A stretch of 64,000 nucleotides of DNA from Alphaproteobacteria bacterium (GCA_965216755.1 CBDCGL010000011.1:1984001-2048000); one strand, 5' to 3'; shown: positions 52,557 through 61,303, numbered from the stretch's first letter. Notes: generated from the sequence alone by a model not told the origin. Numbers and translations: made by a program.

Positions 52557-53322
52557 TTGTGGCGCGACACCGGGGATCAGAACTTGCCGTTGTTGACCGC
52601 ACTCAACGAGGTGCCCTGCATCTCGACCGTGGCGCCTTGGCAACCCTGGTTTTTCGCTCGCGGCGGCACACCCAAGGAAGGTTTTGAATGGACCTATCAC
52701 TTCTTCTGGTTCTGGGGTCTGGAAGGCATCATCGGCGTGTTCACGGATATGTGGGCGGCGGTAGACACTCACAAAGTGGTTGCCGTTTTGTGACCCAATG
52801 ATGGCGACGGCAATGCGTGCGGCGACCCGAATATCGGGTTCCCACCGGTGCTGGACGCACAGGGTGACAGCATTGTCGACCCGGGTTGCTACCAAAACCT
52901 GACTGACGATTTTTCGGCACAAATCTCTGCATACAAGAATGGCGGCGCCGAGATCGTCACTGGCGTGCCGATCCCGCCCGACTTCACGACGTTTTGGACG
53001 CAAGCTGCCCAACAGAACTTCAAACCCAAGGTCGGCAGCATCGGCAAGGCCTTGCTGTTCCCGGTTGCGGTCGAAGCCCTGGACGACCCGGCGTCGGTCC
53101 GCGACGCGCTCGCCGCGACCGACCTCAACACCGTCGTCGGAAATGTCAAATGGGGCGATGACGGACCGTTCAAAAACGTGGCCAAGACCCCGCTCGTCGG
53201 CGGGCAATGGCCGCGCGGCGGCGCATTCCATTACGAAATGGTCCTGGTCTCGAACAATCAGGGTCTCGAACAATCAGGCGCCTGATATCCCGACCCAGGG
53301 CACCATGGACCCGATCGCATAG
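52557..53322 (+). pseudogene. Degraded branched-chain/aromatic ABC substrate-binding protein
   Basis: Family-like segments (VPCISTVAPWQPWF, PNDGDGNA, YQNLTDDFSAQI, NVAKTPLVGGQW). No signal peptide, in-frame TGA at 52791, and a 16-bp duplication frameshift at 53246-53277. Confidence 0.8.
53246..53277 (+). repeat. 16-bp perfect tandem duplication
   Basis: GGTCTCGAACAATCAG occurs twice in tandem. Confidence 0.9.
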
Positions 53323-53335
53323 GCAATGGGACACG

Positions 53336-53370
53336 ACCCCCGGCCGCCAGACGATGCGGCGGCCGGGGGT
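53336..53370. other. Intergenic GC-rich hairpin after the SBP pseudogene
   Basis: 13-bp inverted repeat ACCCCCGGCCGCC / GGCGGCCGGGGGT. Confidence 0.6.
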
Positions 53371-53394
53371 TCAGCACGCCGAGAGGGGCAGGCG

Positions 53395-54120
53395 ATGTCG
53401 GTTTTCCTCGCACTGGACAACGTGTCCAAGAGCTACGGTTCGCTAAAAGTAACGGATGAAATGTCGTTTTCGTTGGCACAAGGCGAAGCCTTGGGTGTGA
53501 TCGGCCCCAATGGGGCTGGCAAGACGACGATGTTCAACCTCATCACCGGCGACGTCCGCCCCGACGCGGGCTCGGTAACCTTCGATGGCCAGGACATCGT
53601 TAATCTGCCACCGTCGGCCCGCTGCAAGGCTGGGATTGGCCGCTCGTACCAAATTCCTCACCCGTTCTCGGGCATGACCGTGTTTGAAAATATTCTGGTC
53701 GGCGGCACGTTCGGTGCAAAAATGTCGGAGCGGGATGCCACCAAATGGTGCATCACGGTGCTCGAACGCGCCGGCCTTTTGGCCAAGGAGAACTGGCTCG
53801 CCGGTTCGTTGACACTGCTGGATCGCAAACGGTTGGAATTAGCCCGCGCGCTGGCAACCAAACCGAAACGCCTTTTGCTCGATGAAATCGCCGGCGGTTT
53901 GACGGAGCACGAGGTCCACGACCTAATCGCCACGATCAACGAGATCCGGGCAGAAGGTGTTTCGATTGTTTGGATCGAGCACATCGTCCATGCCTTGCTT
54001 GCGGTGGGCGACCGTTTGATTGCTATTAATTTTGGGCGGATGTTAACCCAGGGTGACCCGGCAACCGTGATGGCATGCCCCGAGGTTCAGGATGTCTATA
54101 TGGGGACCATCGTCGAATGA
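53395..54120 (+). CDS. LivG-like ABC ATP-binding protein
   Basis: GPNGAGKTT, GIGRSYQIP.PF, RLELARALA, LLDE, IEH. Confidence 0.88.
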   Translation: MSVFLALDNVSKSYGSLKVTDEMSFSLAQGEALGVIGPNGAGKTTMFNLITGDVRPDAGSVTFDGQDIVNLPPSARCKAGIGRSYQIPHPFSGMTVFENILVGGTFGAKMSERDATKWCITVLERAGLLAKENWLAGSLTLLDRKRLELARALATKPKRLLLDEIAGGLTEHEVHDLIATINEIRAEGVSIVWIEHIVHALLAVGDRLIAINFGRMLTQGDPATVMACPEVQDVYMGTIVE

Positions 54121-54430
54121 CCCTGTTGTCCGTCCACGATCTGTCCGCTTTTTATGGCGACTTCCAGGCTCTGTTCGGCGTCGACTTTCAGATCACGCGC
54201 GGCGAAACGAAGGGCCAATTATTGGCGCCGTCATTTATTTTGCACTGCGCGAATTACTACAAGACTTTGGATCCTGGTGTTTAATCGTTCTCGGGGCGGT
54301 CGCGGTCGTGTTGATGCTCCGCGTGCCAAAGGGCATATGGGGCTGGATTGGCGGCCGCTACGATATTCGGTTTTTGCCGGTTCAGCGGCGCCTGCGTCTG
54401 CCAGACACGGATCGAGGAGAACAATCATGA
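54117..54430 (+). pseudogene. Deletion fusion of a livF-like 5' end and a livM-like 3' end
   Basis: MTLLSVHDLSAFYGDFQALFGVDF.I.RGET stops before Walker A and abuts, out of frame, EGPIIGAVIYF.LRELL...PKGIWG. Confidence 0.78.
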
Positions 54431-55026
54431 GGCCGTCAATGCCCGTTCTCGCTCGCGAACATATGGCATTGCGCGGCGTGGCGCGGGTGTTAAAAATGGA
54501 TGCGTTGGTCATTGAGCGCGGCGGATCAATCGACATCGATGTGCTGCACGCGATCGTTACCTATATTCAGGCGTTTCCCGACCAAATGCATCATCCGAAA
54601 GAAGAGGATTACGTGTTTGCCGCAATGCGCAAGCGCAACCCCGAACCAATTCCCGTGCTTGATCGGCTGTTGCAGGAACACACGCGCGAGGACGAACTCA
54701 TCCGCGAATTTGCTGAACAATTGCATGCCTATGAAACGGATCCGGAAACCCAGGCGGCGGCATTCGTTCGCGTGGCGAAAAACTATGTTGCGTTTCTGGA
54801 GAACCATATGACCCTTGAAAATGCCGACGCCTTCCCGCTTGCCGAGACTCTGTTGACCGAACAGGACTGGGCCGAGATCGACGCCGCCTTCGCCAAGAAT
54901 GATGATCCGATATTTGGCCAGGAAACGGTCGCCCGATTTGAGGCTTTACGGAAACGAATCATGGACCTGGGCTTGCCGCCATTCGGCCTGGGTCAGCGCG
55001 GCGACAAGAGCCAGGGGGCTACGTAG
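54427..55026 (+). CDS. Hemerythrin (HHE) domain protein
   Basis: EH...HHPKEED..F...EH...HM.LE...FP motifs; GAGGAG RBS. Confidence 0.85.
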   Translation: MRPSMPVLAREHMALRGVARVLKMDALVIERGGSIDIDVLHAIVTYIQAFPDQMHHPKEEDYVFAAMRKRNPEPIPVLDRLLQEHTREDELIREFAEQLHAYETDPETQAAAFVRVAKNYVAFLENHMTLENADAFPLAETLLTEQDWAEIDAAFAKNDDPIFGQETVARFEALRKRIMDLGLPPFGLGQRGDKSQGAT

Positions 55027-55089
55027 ACATCGATTGACTGGACGGCGGTGACACAGCCAAATCAAAGAAAGCGTCTGAGGAGATCATCC

Positions 55090-55917
55090 ATGCCACAATT
55101 CAGTGCCCAAAGCCACCTTGAGGAGGCCCTTCGGCGGATAGAGTTCATCGAAGAGCCGCGCTTGAAGGAAATCATGTCCGCGTTTACGCGCCACATGTAC
55201 GCTTTTATCAACGAAGTTCAACCATCGGAGCAAGAATGGCTCCAAGGCATCCGGTTCCTCACAGAGGTCGGACAAAAGTGCGACGACCGGCGGCAGGAAT
55301 TTATCTTGCTATCGGATGTTACCGGCGTCTCAATGCTGGTTGACTATCACACCCACAAAGATGACACAGGTGCCACTGACAGCTCGGTATTGGGTCCGTT
55401 TTATCGGGAAAATGCGCCGGAATACGAAAATGGTGAGTCAATTTCGCAAGACGGTATCGGGGAGACTGTGACGATATCGGGCCGGGTGACCGACACCGGC
55501 GGGGTGCCGATCGCGGGCGCCAAACTCGACGTCTGGCAGACCGCAGCCAACGCCTTGTACGAGGTACAAGATCCTAACCAACCAGACTACAACTTGCGGG
55601 GCGTCTTCAAGACCGACGCGGACGGCCGGTACGAGATCCGTACGGTCAAGCCCGTCAGCTATCCGGTGCCCGACGATGGGCCAGTTGGCACACTGCTTCG
55701 GGCCATTGGGCGTCATCCGTTTAGGCCAGCCCATGTTCACTTCTTGGTGTCAGCCAACGGCTATCAGCCCATCGCAACGCAACTGTTCACAGACGACGAC
55801 GCGTATTTGAACTCGGACGCGGTATTCGGCGTCAAAGACAGCCTGTTAGTGCACTATGCGTCTTGTGGTGACACCTTGTCTGTCGCCTATGACTTCAAGC
55901 TGTGTCAGGCGCCGTAA
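55090..55917 (+). CDS. Intradiol ring-cleavage dioxygenase (hydroxyquinol/catechol 1,2-dioxygenase family)
   Basis: RQEFILLSD..G.S, LGPFY, DVWQ...N..Y, P.SYP.P.DGPVG, RPAHVHF, SDAVFGVK. Confidence 0.93.
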   Translation: MPQFSAQSHLEEALRRIEFIEEPRLKEIMSAFTRHMYAFINEVQPSEQEWLQGIRFLTEVGQKCDDRRQEFILLSDVTGVSMLVDYHTHKDDTGATDSSVLGPFYRENAPEYENGESISQDGIGETVTISGRVTDTGGVPIAGAKLDVWQTAANALYEVQDPNQPDYNLRGVFKTDADGRYEIRTVKPVSYPVPDDGPVGTLLRAIGRHPFRPAHVHFLVSANGYQPIATQLFTDDDAYLNSDAVFGVKDSLLVHYASCGDTLSVAYDFKLCQAP

Positions 55918-55996
55918 TGTCGCGTGCTGTGTTCTTCGTGTGCAAACTCTCTGAACTGAAGAGCGCCCCTGACTGGGCGTGCCGGGGCAACTTGAA

Positions 55997-56356
55997 ATGA
56001 GTTGGAACGACCACGCATATGCACCGCGGCAGGCAACGACGTTGTGCACTGTCGAAGATATTCCCGACGGTGGTGTCAGAGAGTTCGCATGCGGTCAAGG
56101 CCAGGGCGCTTTTCGAATGATTGTGGTCCGATCCGGAAACACAACGCGGGCATACGTCAACCGCTGGCCACATTTCGGCATTCCGATGAACACCGGTGAT
56201 GGCAGATTTCTGACGACCGGCGAGGTCTTGTGGTGTGGGCAGCATTCTGCTCAATTCCGCTTTGAAGATGGATTCTGCATAGATGGGCCATGCAAGGGCG
56301 GACAGCTCGAACCGGTCCCCTTGAGTGAAGAAAACGGCACGCTTTCCATCGGCTAA
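55997..56356 (+). CDS. Rieske-type ferredoxin with its first Cys ligand replaced
   Basis: AYVNRWPH (normally N.CPH) ... CGQH.AQF..EDG.CI.GPC.G. Confidence 0.75.
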   Translation: MSWNDHAYAPRQATTLCTVEDIPDGGVREFACGQGQGAFRMIVVRSGNTTRAYVNRWPHFGIPMNTGDGRFLTTGEVLWCGQHSAQFRFEDGFCIDGPCKGGQLEPVPLSEENGTLSIG

Positions 56357-56492
56357 GTTGCCACTGTGCCACGTTGGATTGTTCGCGTGCCTAAGTCGGC
56401 CCAAAATCGGCTATGGCGTCGCAGCACAAAGCGGCTCTGGGCGTTGCCGGGCGCGCGATTCCAATTGTGCCCGCGACCCCTGACAGCCGGCG

Positions 56493-56882
56493 TCAATCCA
56501 CTCTGGCCGCGACTCCGCCAACTTCAACCATGAATTCGGACTTCACCAACGCCTTGACGATCATCAGAGTTGCTGCCGGACGCGCGTCGCCGAGATATTC
56601 CGCGCGAATTTTTGCATAGGTTTCAAAGTCTTTTTGATCAACCAACCAATGATTGACGTGAACCAAGTCAGCAACCGCCATGTCGGCGGCCTCGAGAATC
56701 GCGATAACATTACGCCAAGCTTGATGCACTTGATCTTCGAACTCAGTCGGAACAGTGCCGTCTGGGCGCATGCCGACTTGACCCGCAATATGGAGCGACC
56801 GGGCGCCCGCCGGCACCTCGACAGCGTGGCTATACATACCGACCGGCGCGGCGATACTGGGCGGTGTGATTGTATTGTTCAT
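56493..56882 (-). CDS. RidA/YjgF family protein
   Basis: YSHAV, IAGQVG, R......RPA.T...V..L......VEV. Confidence 0.9.
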   Translation of the reverse strand: MNNTITPPSIAAPVGMYSHAVEVPAGARSLHIAGQVGMRPDGTVPTEFEDQVHQAWRNVIAILEAADMAVADLVHVNHWLVDQKDFETYAKIRAEYLGDARPAATLMIVKALVKSEFMVEVGGVAARVD

Positions 56883-56950
56883 GGCGGCAGCTCCAAAGAT
56901 TGAGTTGAGCCTTCGCGGCTCATCGCGCTTCGAATGCAGTTTAGATCAAT

Positions 56951-56980
56951 CTTCGTTCAAACGAAGTCGTTTGAACGAAG
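56951..56980. repeat. Perfect 14-bp inverted repeat
   Basis: CTTCGTTCAAACGA-AG-TCGTTTGAACGAAG upstream of the RidA gene. Confidence 0.75.
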
Positions 56981-57922
56981 TTGAATTAACCGATATCAGC
57001 TAGACAGAGCATGTTAAGCGAACGCATGTGAGCGCGAGATGCTCTAGCTAGGATCAGCCGTACAATACCAGCCGATGGCGGTACCACCGGTCTTGCCCGC
57101 AGCCACCTTGACGTTCCGCGCGCTAACTTTAACTTCGCCTCTCCTCTGCAGTTCGAAGATAACGGTGTCGTCTACGATTAGGTCCACCCTATGTCTGCGC
57201 GATCCGTTTCCAATGGCATGTTTTATTGGCGGGCGCGGACGATAAATCAGTAACAGCGGGGGATTGCTGGGCTTTGGTGCATCCTAGTTGGAGTCCGCGG
57301 CGTTTACGCGGGACGCCTCATCAAGAATGAACACGTCCTCACAGTTCGGGGGCAATTCGGTGTAATCCTTGGGCAAATGCGGACCGGCTGCGAGTCCCGC
57401 GGCGGCCACCGCCAACATGATCGACGCCCGGAACGTGGCTTTCTCGTTATGGTTGAGTTTATGCGGAACGTAACGCTATCGCCATTTATTGGCCCTGACA
57501 AATTGGCAACGACGCGAACAAGGGCTTGTGCGTATTCAGGCATCCTGTTCGAACCTAAGTCCCGTTGTCGGTGGAGCATGCTGGTTGCCGATCTTTACAA
57601 GAGCCAATTGTCGGAACAGGGCGCAGTTTGTGGCCCACCAATCTTTCAAGTTAAGCCAATTTTTTGGCGCGATACAGTTCCTGGAACGTGCTGTTATGCT
57701 TAGGGTCAAGCATACCCCACACGCGAGAGTGGGGTCCGCGAATCGATCTCGCGGTGCGCGATCCGGTCGACGCGTTGCGGGCTCCAAACGACGACCTGTA
57801 CGAAAGGTGGCGGACAGAGCGGGTCGCAAAAACGTGGCGCTACCGTATCGAAATCCTTGCGACAAGTGGGCCTTGCGTTTCATAATTCTTGATGGGATCG
57901 GTGGGAATTCGGAGTCGGCCCA

Positions 57923-58636
57923 ATGTATCAGTTTGAAGATTATGTTGAACTGACCCAAAAAGCGGCGACAGTGTCTGAGCTTCAGCAGCTCTATTCGCAG
58001 GCGGTGTGTTCCGATGGATACGAGAATCTGATTTTCACCACGGTGCGCGGTCGCGATGTCAACAAGCTGCATTGGCTTGAGTTTCCAGAAGGTTATCCAG
58101 AATATTATTTCGAGAAACACTGGGAGCGAATCGATCCGATATTGTCGTGCGCACTGCGTGCGCGCAGGCCGTTTCTTTGGAACGATGCAATTGAAAGATC
58201 ATCTCTGTCGGGATCACAGGTCGACCTTCTTGATGAATGCAAGGACATCGGCGTTCATTCCGGGATCGCATTTCCCTTTCATGGGCCCGGGAACCAGCTC
58301 GACATTCTGAGCATTAGCCGAAGAACGAATGAACTGGCCAATCCAGAGCGCACGGCTTTCCTTCACTCGATCAGCACGCAAACATGGACGCGGTTCCTTG
58401 AACTCACGGAAGATGATCAGTTTCCGCTTCCCAAAGATATCGCGTTGACTGACCGGGAGCTCGAAGTGCTGCGCTGGTCCAAGTGTGGCAAGAGTTATTC
58501 CGACATCGCGGAAATCCTGTCGATATCGCGAAAAACCGTCGAATTCCACATTCGCAATTCGATGGACAAGTTGGGTGCGAACAACCGAATTTCAGCTGTG
58601 GTGATCGCGATCCATCGGGGGTTGTTGGAACTCTGA
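57923..58636 (+). CDS. luxR: LuxR family quorum-sensing regulator (autoinducer-binding domain + HTH)
   Basis: FP..Y...Y....W.RIDP, PFLW, G..SG..FP; HTH LTDRELEVLRW...GKS..DIAEIL.IS..TVEFH..N...KLGA.NR. Confidence 0.93.
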   Translation: MYQFEDYVELTQKAATVSELQQLYSQAVCSDGYENLIFTTVRGRDVNKLHWLEFPEGYPEYYFEKHWERIDPILSCALRARRPFLWNDAIERSSLSGSQVDLLDECKDIGVHSGIAFPFHGPGNQLDILSISRRTNELANPERTAFLHSISTQTWTRFLELTEDDQFPLPKDIALTDRELEVLRWSKCGKSYSDIAEILSISRKTVEFHIRNSMDKLGANNRISAVVIAIHRGLLEL

Positions 58637-58753
58637 CGCGTTCCTGGCGCAGGCGCGCGGGATCCGCGGGATCAACGCCATACACACACGCAGGGCGCCG
58701 ATGCGCGGCGACGGCGGGTCAGCGACACGTGATGTGCGGCGCGCAGTGTGCCC

Positions 58754-60064
58754 TTATGCTGCCGTCGGCCGCCTATCCTCTCGCGCCGCTGATGTGACTG
58801 TTTGAATCGCCACTTCCAAGCGCCGCAATCCATCCTTTAGCAGTTCGGCTTGAATTGTCAGCGGAGGCATCAGTTTGATGACTTCATCGCGGGGGCCAGA
58901 CGTTTCGACCAAAACACGCTGCCGAAAGGCTTCTTGTGCAACAAGTCCGGCAACACGGGCATCAGCAAATGCAAGTCCCGACATTGGACCGACACCACGC
59001 GGCTCGGCGACACCCGGCCCAAGGATCTCAACCATACCGCCAAGCCACCGCCGAATATGGTCCGACAAGCCTCGAAGATTCTCTTGAAAGGCAGGTGCCA
59101 GCCAAACATCCAGCGCCGCCGCGGCCGCAACGAACGCCAGATTGTTTCCGCGGAAAGTGCCGTTGTGTTCGCCGGGACGCCACTGATCCAGGTCCGGTCG
59201 GATCAGCACGACGGACATGGGCAATCCGATGCCACTCACCGATTTCGCGAGGCACACGATATCAGGTCGGATGCCGGCTTGATCGAAACTGAAAAAAGTC
59301 CCGGTGCGACCACACCCGGCCTGGATATCGTCAACGATCAAAACCGCGCCCAATCTGCGTGCACATTTTGCCAAGTGGCGCAGCCACGCCTTGCTGGCGA
59401 CACGTAGTCCGCCCTCGCCCTGGACCGTCTCAACAATAAAGGCCGCGGGAGGTTCGACACCACCCGAGGGATCGTCAACCATAGCCACGAAACGATCCAA
59501 ATCGGCCGTCCCCGCGCCTTCATAACTATCGTAAGGCAAACGCACCACGTCGGTGAGCGCCACGCCCGCCGCAGCGCGACTACGCCGATTCCCAGATACC
59601 GCAAGAGAACCGAGTGTCATGCCATGGAATGCGTTGGTAAATGCAACCACGCCTTGGCGTCCGGTCACTTTGCGAGCTAACTTTATAGCCGCCTCAACGG
59701 CATTTGTGCCCGTCGGGCCTGCAAACTGCACGCGATATGACAGACCTCGCGGTTCCAAAATATTTATTCTTAGTGAACGAATAAACTGTCTCTTGGCGTC
59801 GGTATGCAGGTCCAAGGCGTTGACAATCCCGTCTTCAGATAAATATCGCAACACTTGTGCTTTAATCGCCGGATGGTTGTGGCCAAAGTTGAGCGACCCA
59901 CAACCGGCAAGAAAATCGGTGTATTCCCTCCCGCGTTCGTCCCAAACGCGCGCGTTTGCCGCTTTGACGAAAATCGACGGCATTTGCCGGCAATAATACC
60001 GAACAGCCGATTCTGTTTCTTCGAACTCCGCGTACCCACCCAAACCGTTGGGCAATCCGGACAT
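58754..60064 (-). CDS. ectB: EctB-like diaminobutyrate-2-oxoglutarate aminotransferase (class III PLP)
   Basis: ES.VR.YCR..P, NFGHN, GPTGTNAVEAA.KLARK.TGR, FHGMTLGSL, ETVQGEGG, DDIQAGCGRTG, AKS, PGEHNGTFRGNN; GGGAGGA RBS. Confidence 0.88.
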   Translation of the reverse strand: MSGLPNGLGGYAEFEETESAVRYYCRQMPSIFVKAANARVWDERGREYTDFLAGCGSLNFGHNHPAIKAQVLRYLSEDGIVNALDLHTDAKRQFIRSLRINILEPRGLSYRVQFAGPTGTNAVEAAIKLARKVTGRQGVVAFTNAFHGMTLGSLAVSGNRRSRAAAGVALTDVVRLPYDSYEGAGTADLDRFVAMVDDPSGGVEPPAAFIVETVQGEGGLRVASKAWLRHLAKCARRLGAVLIVDDIQAGCGRTGTFFSFDQAGIRPDIVCLAKSVSGIGLPMSVVLIRPDLDQWRPGEHNGTFRGNNLAFVAAAAALDVWLAPAFQENLRGLSDHIRRWLGGMVEILGPGVAEPRGVGPMSGLAFADARVAGLVAQEAFRQRVLVETSGPRDEVIKLMPPLTIQAELLKDGLRRLEVAIQTVTSAAREDRRPTAA

Positions 60065-60103
60065 GCTATCGTCCTCCCTAGACCAATCAAATGCCTCGCC
60101 TGT

Positions 60104-60343
60104 TCAGTGCGGTTCCGGCGGCGTAAGTCTTATGCCGTCATTCTCCGATTTGTCGGGTTCTTCATTGACGTGAGCCAAAAGATCAGAACGAACATAGGCA
60201 AGCTTGGTCGCAATCCTCCGCATACCGGCGTCACGCGCCACCATAATGAGGTAGGTAATGGCATCCGCCATGTTCCGGGCATCAGTTGTCAAGGAAATTA
60301 ATCCCGCTTCTCGTTGACTTGAAAGATCGCAAGCATCCATCAC
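60104..60343 (-). CDS. Small helical protein translationally coupled to luxI
   Basis: GTG start overlaps the luxI TGA (GTGA); 79 aa with an amphipathic helix pair. Confidence 0.55.
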   Translation of the reverse strand: MMDACDLSSQREAGLISLTTDARNMADAITYLIMVARDAGMRRIATKLAYVRSDLLAHVNEEPDKSENDGIRLTPPEPH

Positions 60344-60972
60344 GCAGCGATCTTTCTTTGCTCAATCGCATTCAGGGTCAATACCGGCCCGTGAATGCCG
60401 TACTTCCTGCAATGCGCCACGGGCGTGATTTTCGGGGTTGGTACAAGTAGCGCCGCTTCCTGCTGTCCTTCAATTTCGGTCGGCTCACCGAGCCACTCGA
60501 TTCCCGAACGCAGAAAATGGCTGATGAGGTGCTTGCGAGTCACGCCGACGACCGCTTGAATATCGTTGACCTCACAGAATTCGCGCACACCGCAAAGAAG
60601 CTCCGGCATGATGCGACCACGAATTTTGGGATCGAATCGTCGATCAACGCATATCCGGCTGGCTTCCCAGATATGGTCACACACCGGCGGAGGTTGCGAT
60701 TCGCAAAGGTAAGGCCAGTATGACTTCAGCATGTAAGGCACCGATGTCGGAACCATCCGAATCAACCCACGCACGACCAAATTGGTATCGCGCCAGACTA
60801 GATATACCGCAGCCGGCGTATCGAATTCGTCATACTCCATTCCGTCATAGAAACAGTGAGGCAACGATCGATCTAGAACAAATACGCGATATCTTAGGCG
60901 CGATTGTGAGGCCAACGCGTCCCCAAATTCGTGAGCATTCCTAAACGAAAACGCTTCAATCATAATTACCAC
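60340..60972 (-). CDS. luxI: LuxI family acyl-homoserine-lactone synthase homologue (alternative start 60963)
   Basis: LR.RVF, E.DEFD, R..PT..PYML, IWE.SR. Confidence 0.9.
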   Translation of the reverse strand: MVIMIEAFSFRNAHEFGDALASQSRLRYRVFVLDRSLPHCFYDGMEYDEFDTPAAVYLVWRDTNLVVRGLIRMVPTSVPYMLKSYWPYLCESQPPPVCDHIWEASRICVDRRFDPKIRGRIMPELLCGVREFCEVNDIQAVVGVTRKHLISHFLRSGIEWLGEPTEIEGQQEAALLVPTPKITPVAHCRKYGIHGPVLTLNAIEQRKIAA

Positions 60973-61040
60973 CCGCTTTCCGAGACTGGTCTTCCGAAAC
61001 CGCGCAAACCAGAATCAAACACATTCAAATACGGGTTGGT

Positions 61041-61060
61041 ACTAGGCGAGTTCCTAGGTA
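61041..61060 (-). promoter_or_regulatory. lux-box-like operator 1 (faces luxI)
   Basis: Minus strand TACCTAGGAACTCGCCTAGT; core CTAGG-N6-CCTAG fits CT-N12-AG. Confidence 0.7.
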
Positions 61061-61219
61061 TCGATGGCTAGGCAACGGATTATGGATTTCGCTACGCGCA
61101 GCGCTATACGGAAGCGCGGGCGGACGCCTGGGCCACGGTATCGGCGCAACTGCGACAGCGGCACTTCGCCAGGGTCGATCGAAACACCACCATGTCCATT
61201 GTCGTTTGACGAAACACCG

Positions 61220-61239
61220 TACCTAGGTGTTCGCCTAGT
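61220..61239 (+). promoter_or_regulatory. lux-box-like operator 2 (faces ORF 61304 and the lactonase)
   Basis: TACCTAGGTGTTCGCCTAGT; 17/20 identical to box 1 in inverted orientation; abuts TTGCGA. Confidence 0.7.
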
Positions 61240-61303
61240 TGCGAAAAAGTGACGCAATAGGGACCGTACTTCGTTCAGGTGGCTTGCGAGGTGGGGTTTA
61301 GCG

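Noticed and set aside
52428-53273. 281-aa minus-strand ORF
   Set aside because: Antisense shadow of the SBP pseudogene.
57304-58120. Several overlapping ORFs upstream of luxR (57304-57579, 57377-57703, 57489-57953, 57536-58120, 57664-57885)
   Set aside because: No motifs or convincing RBS and mutually overlapping; none could be supported as a gene.
58754-60064. Ectoine biosynthesis operon
   Set aside because: Only an ectB-like gene is present; ectA, ectC, ectD and ask are not adjacent.
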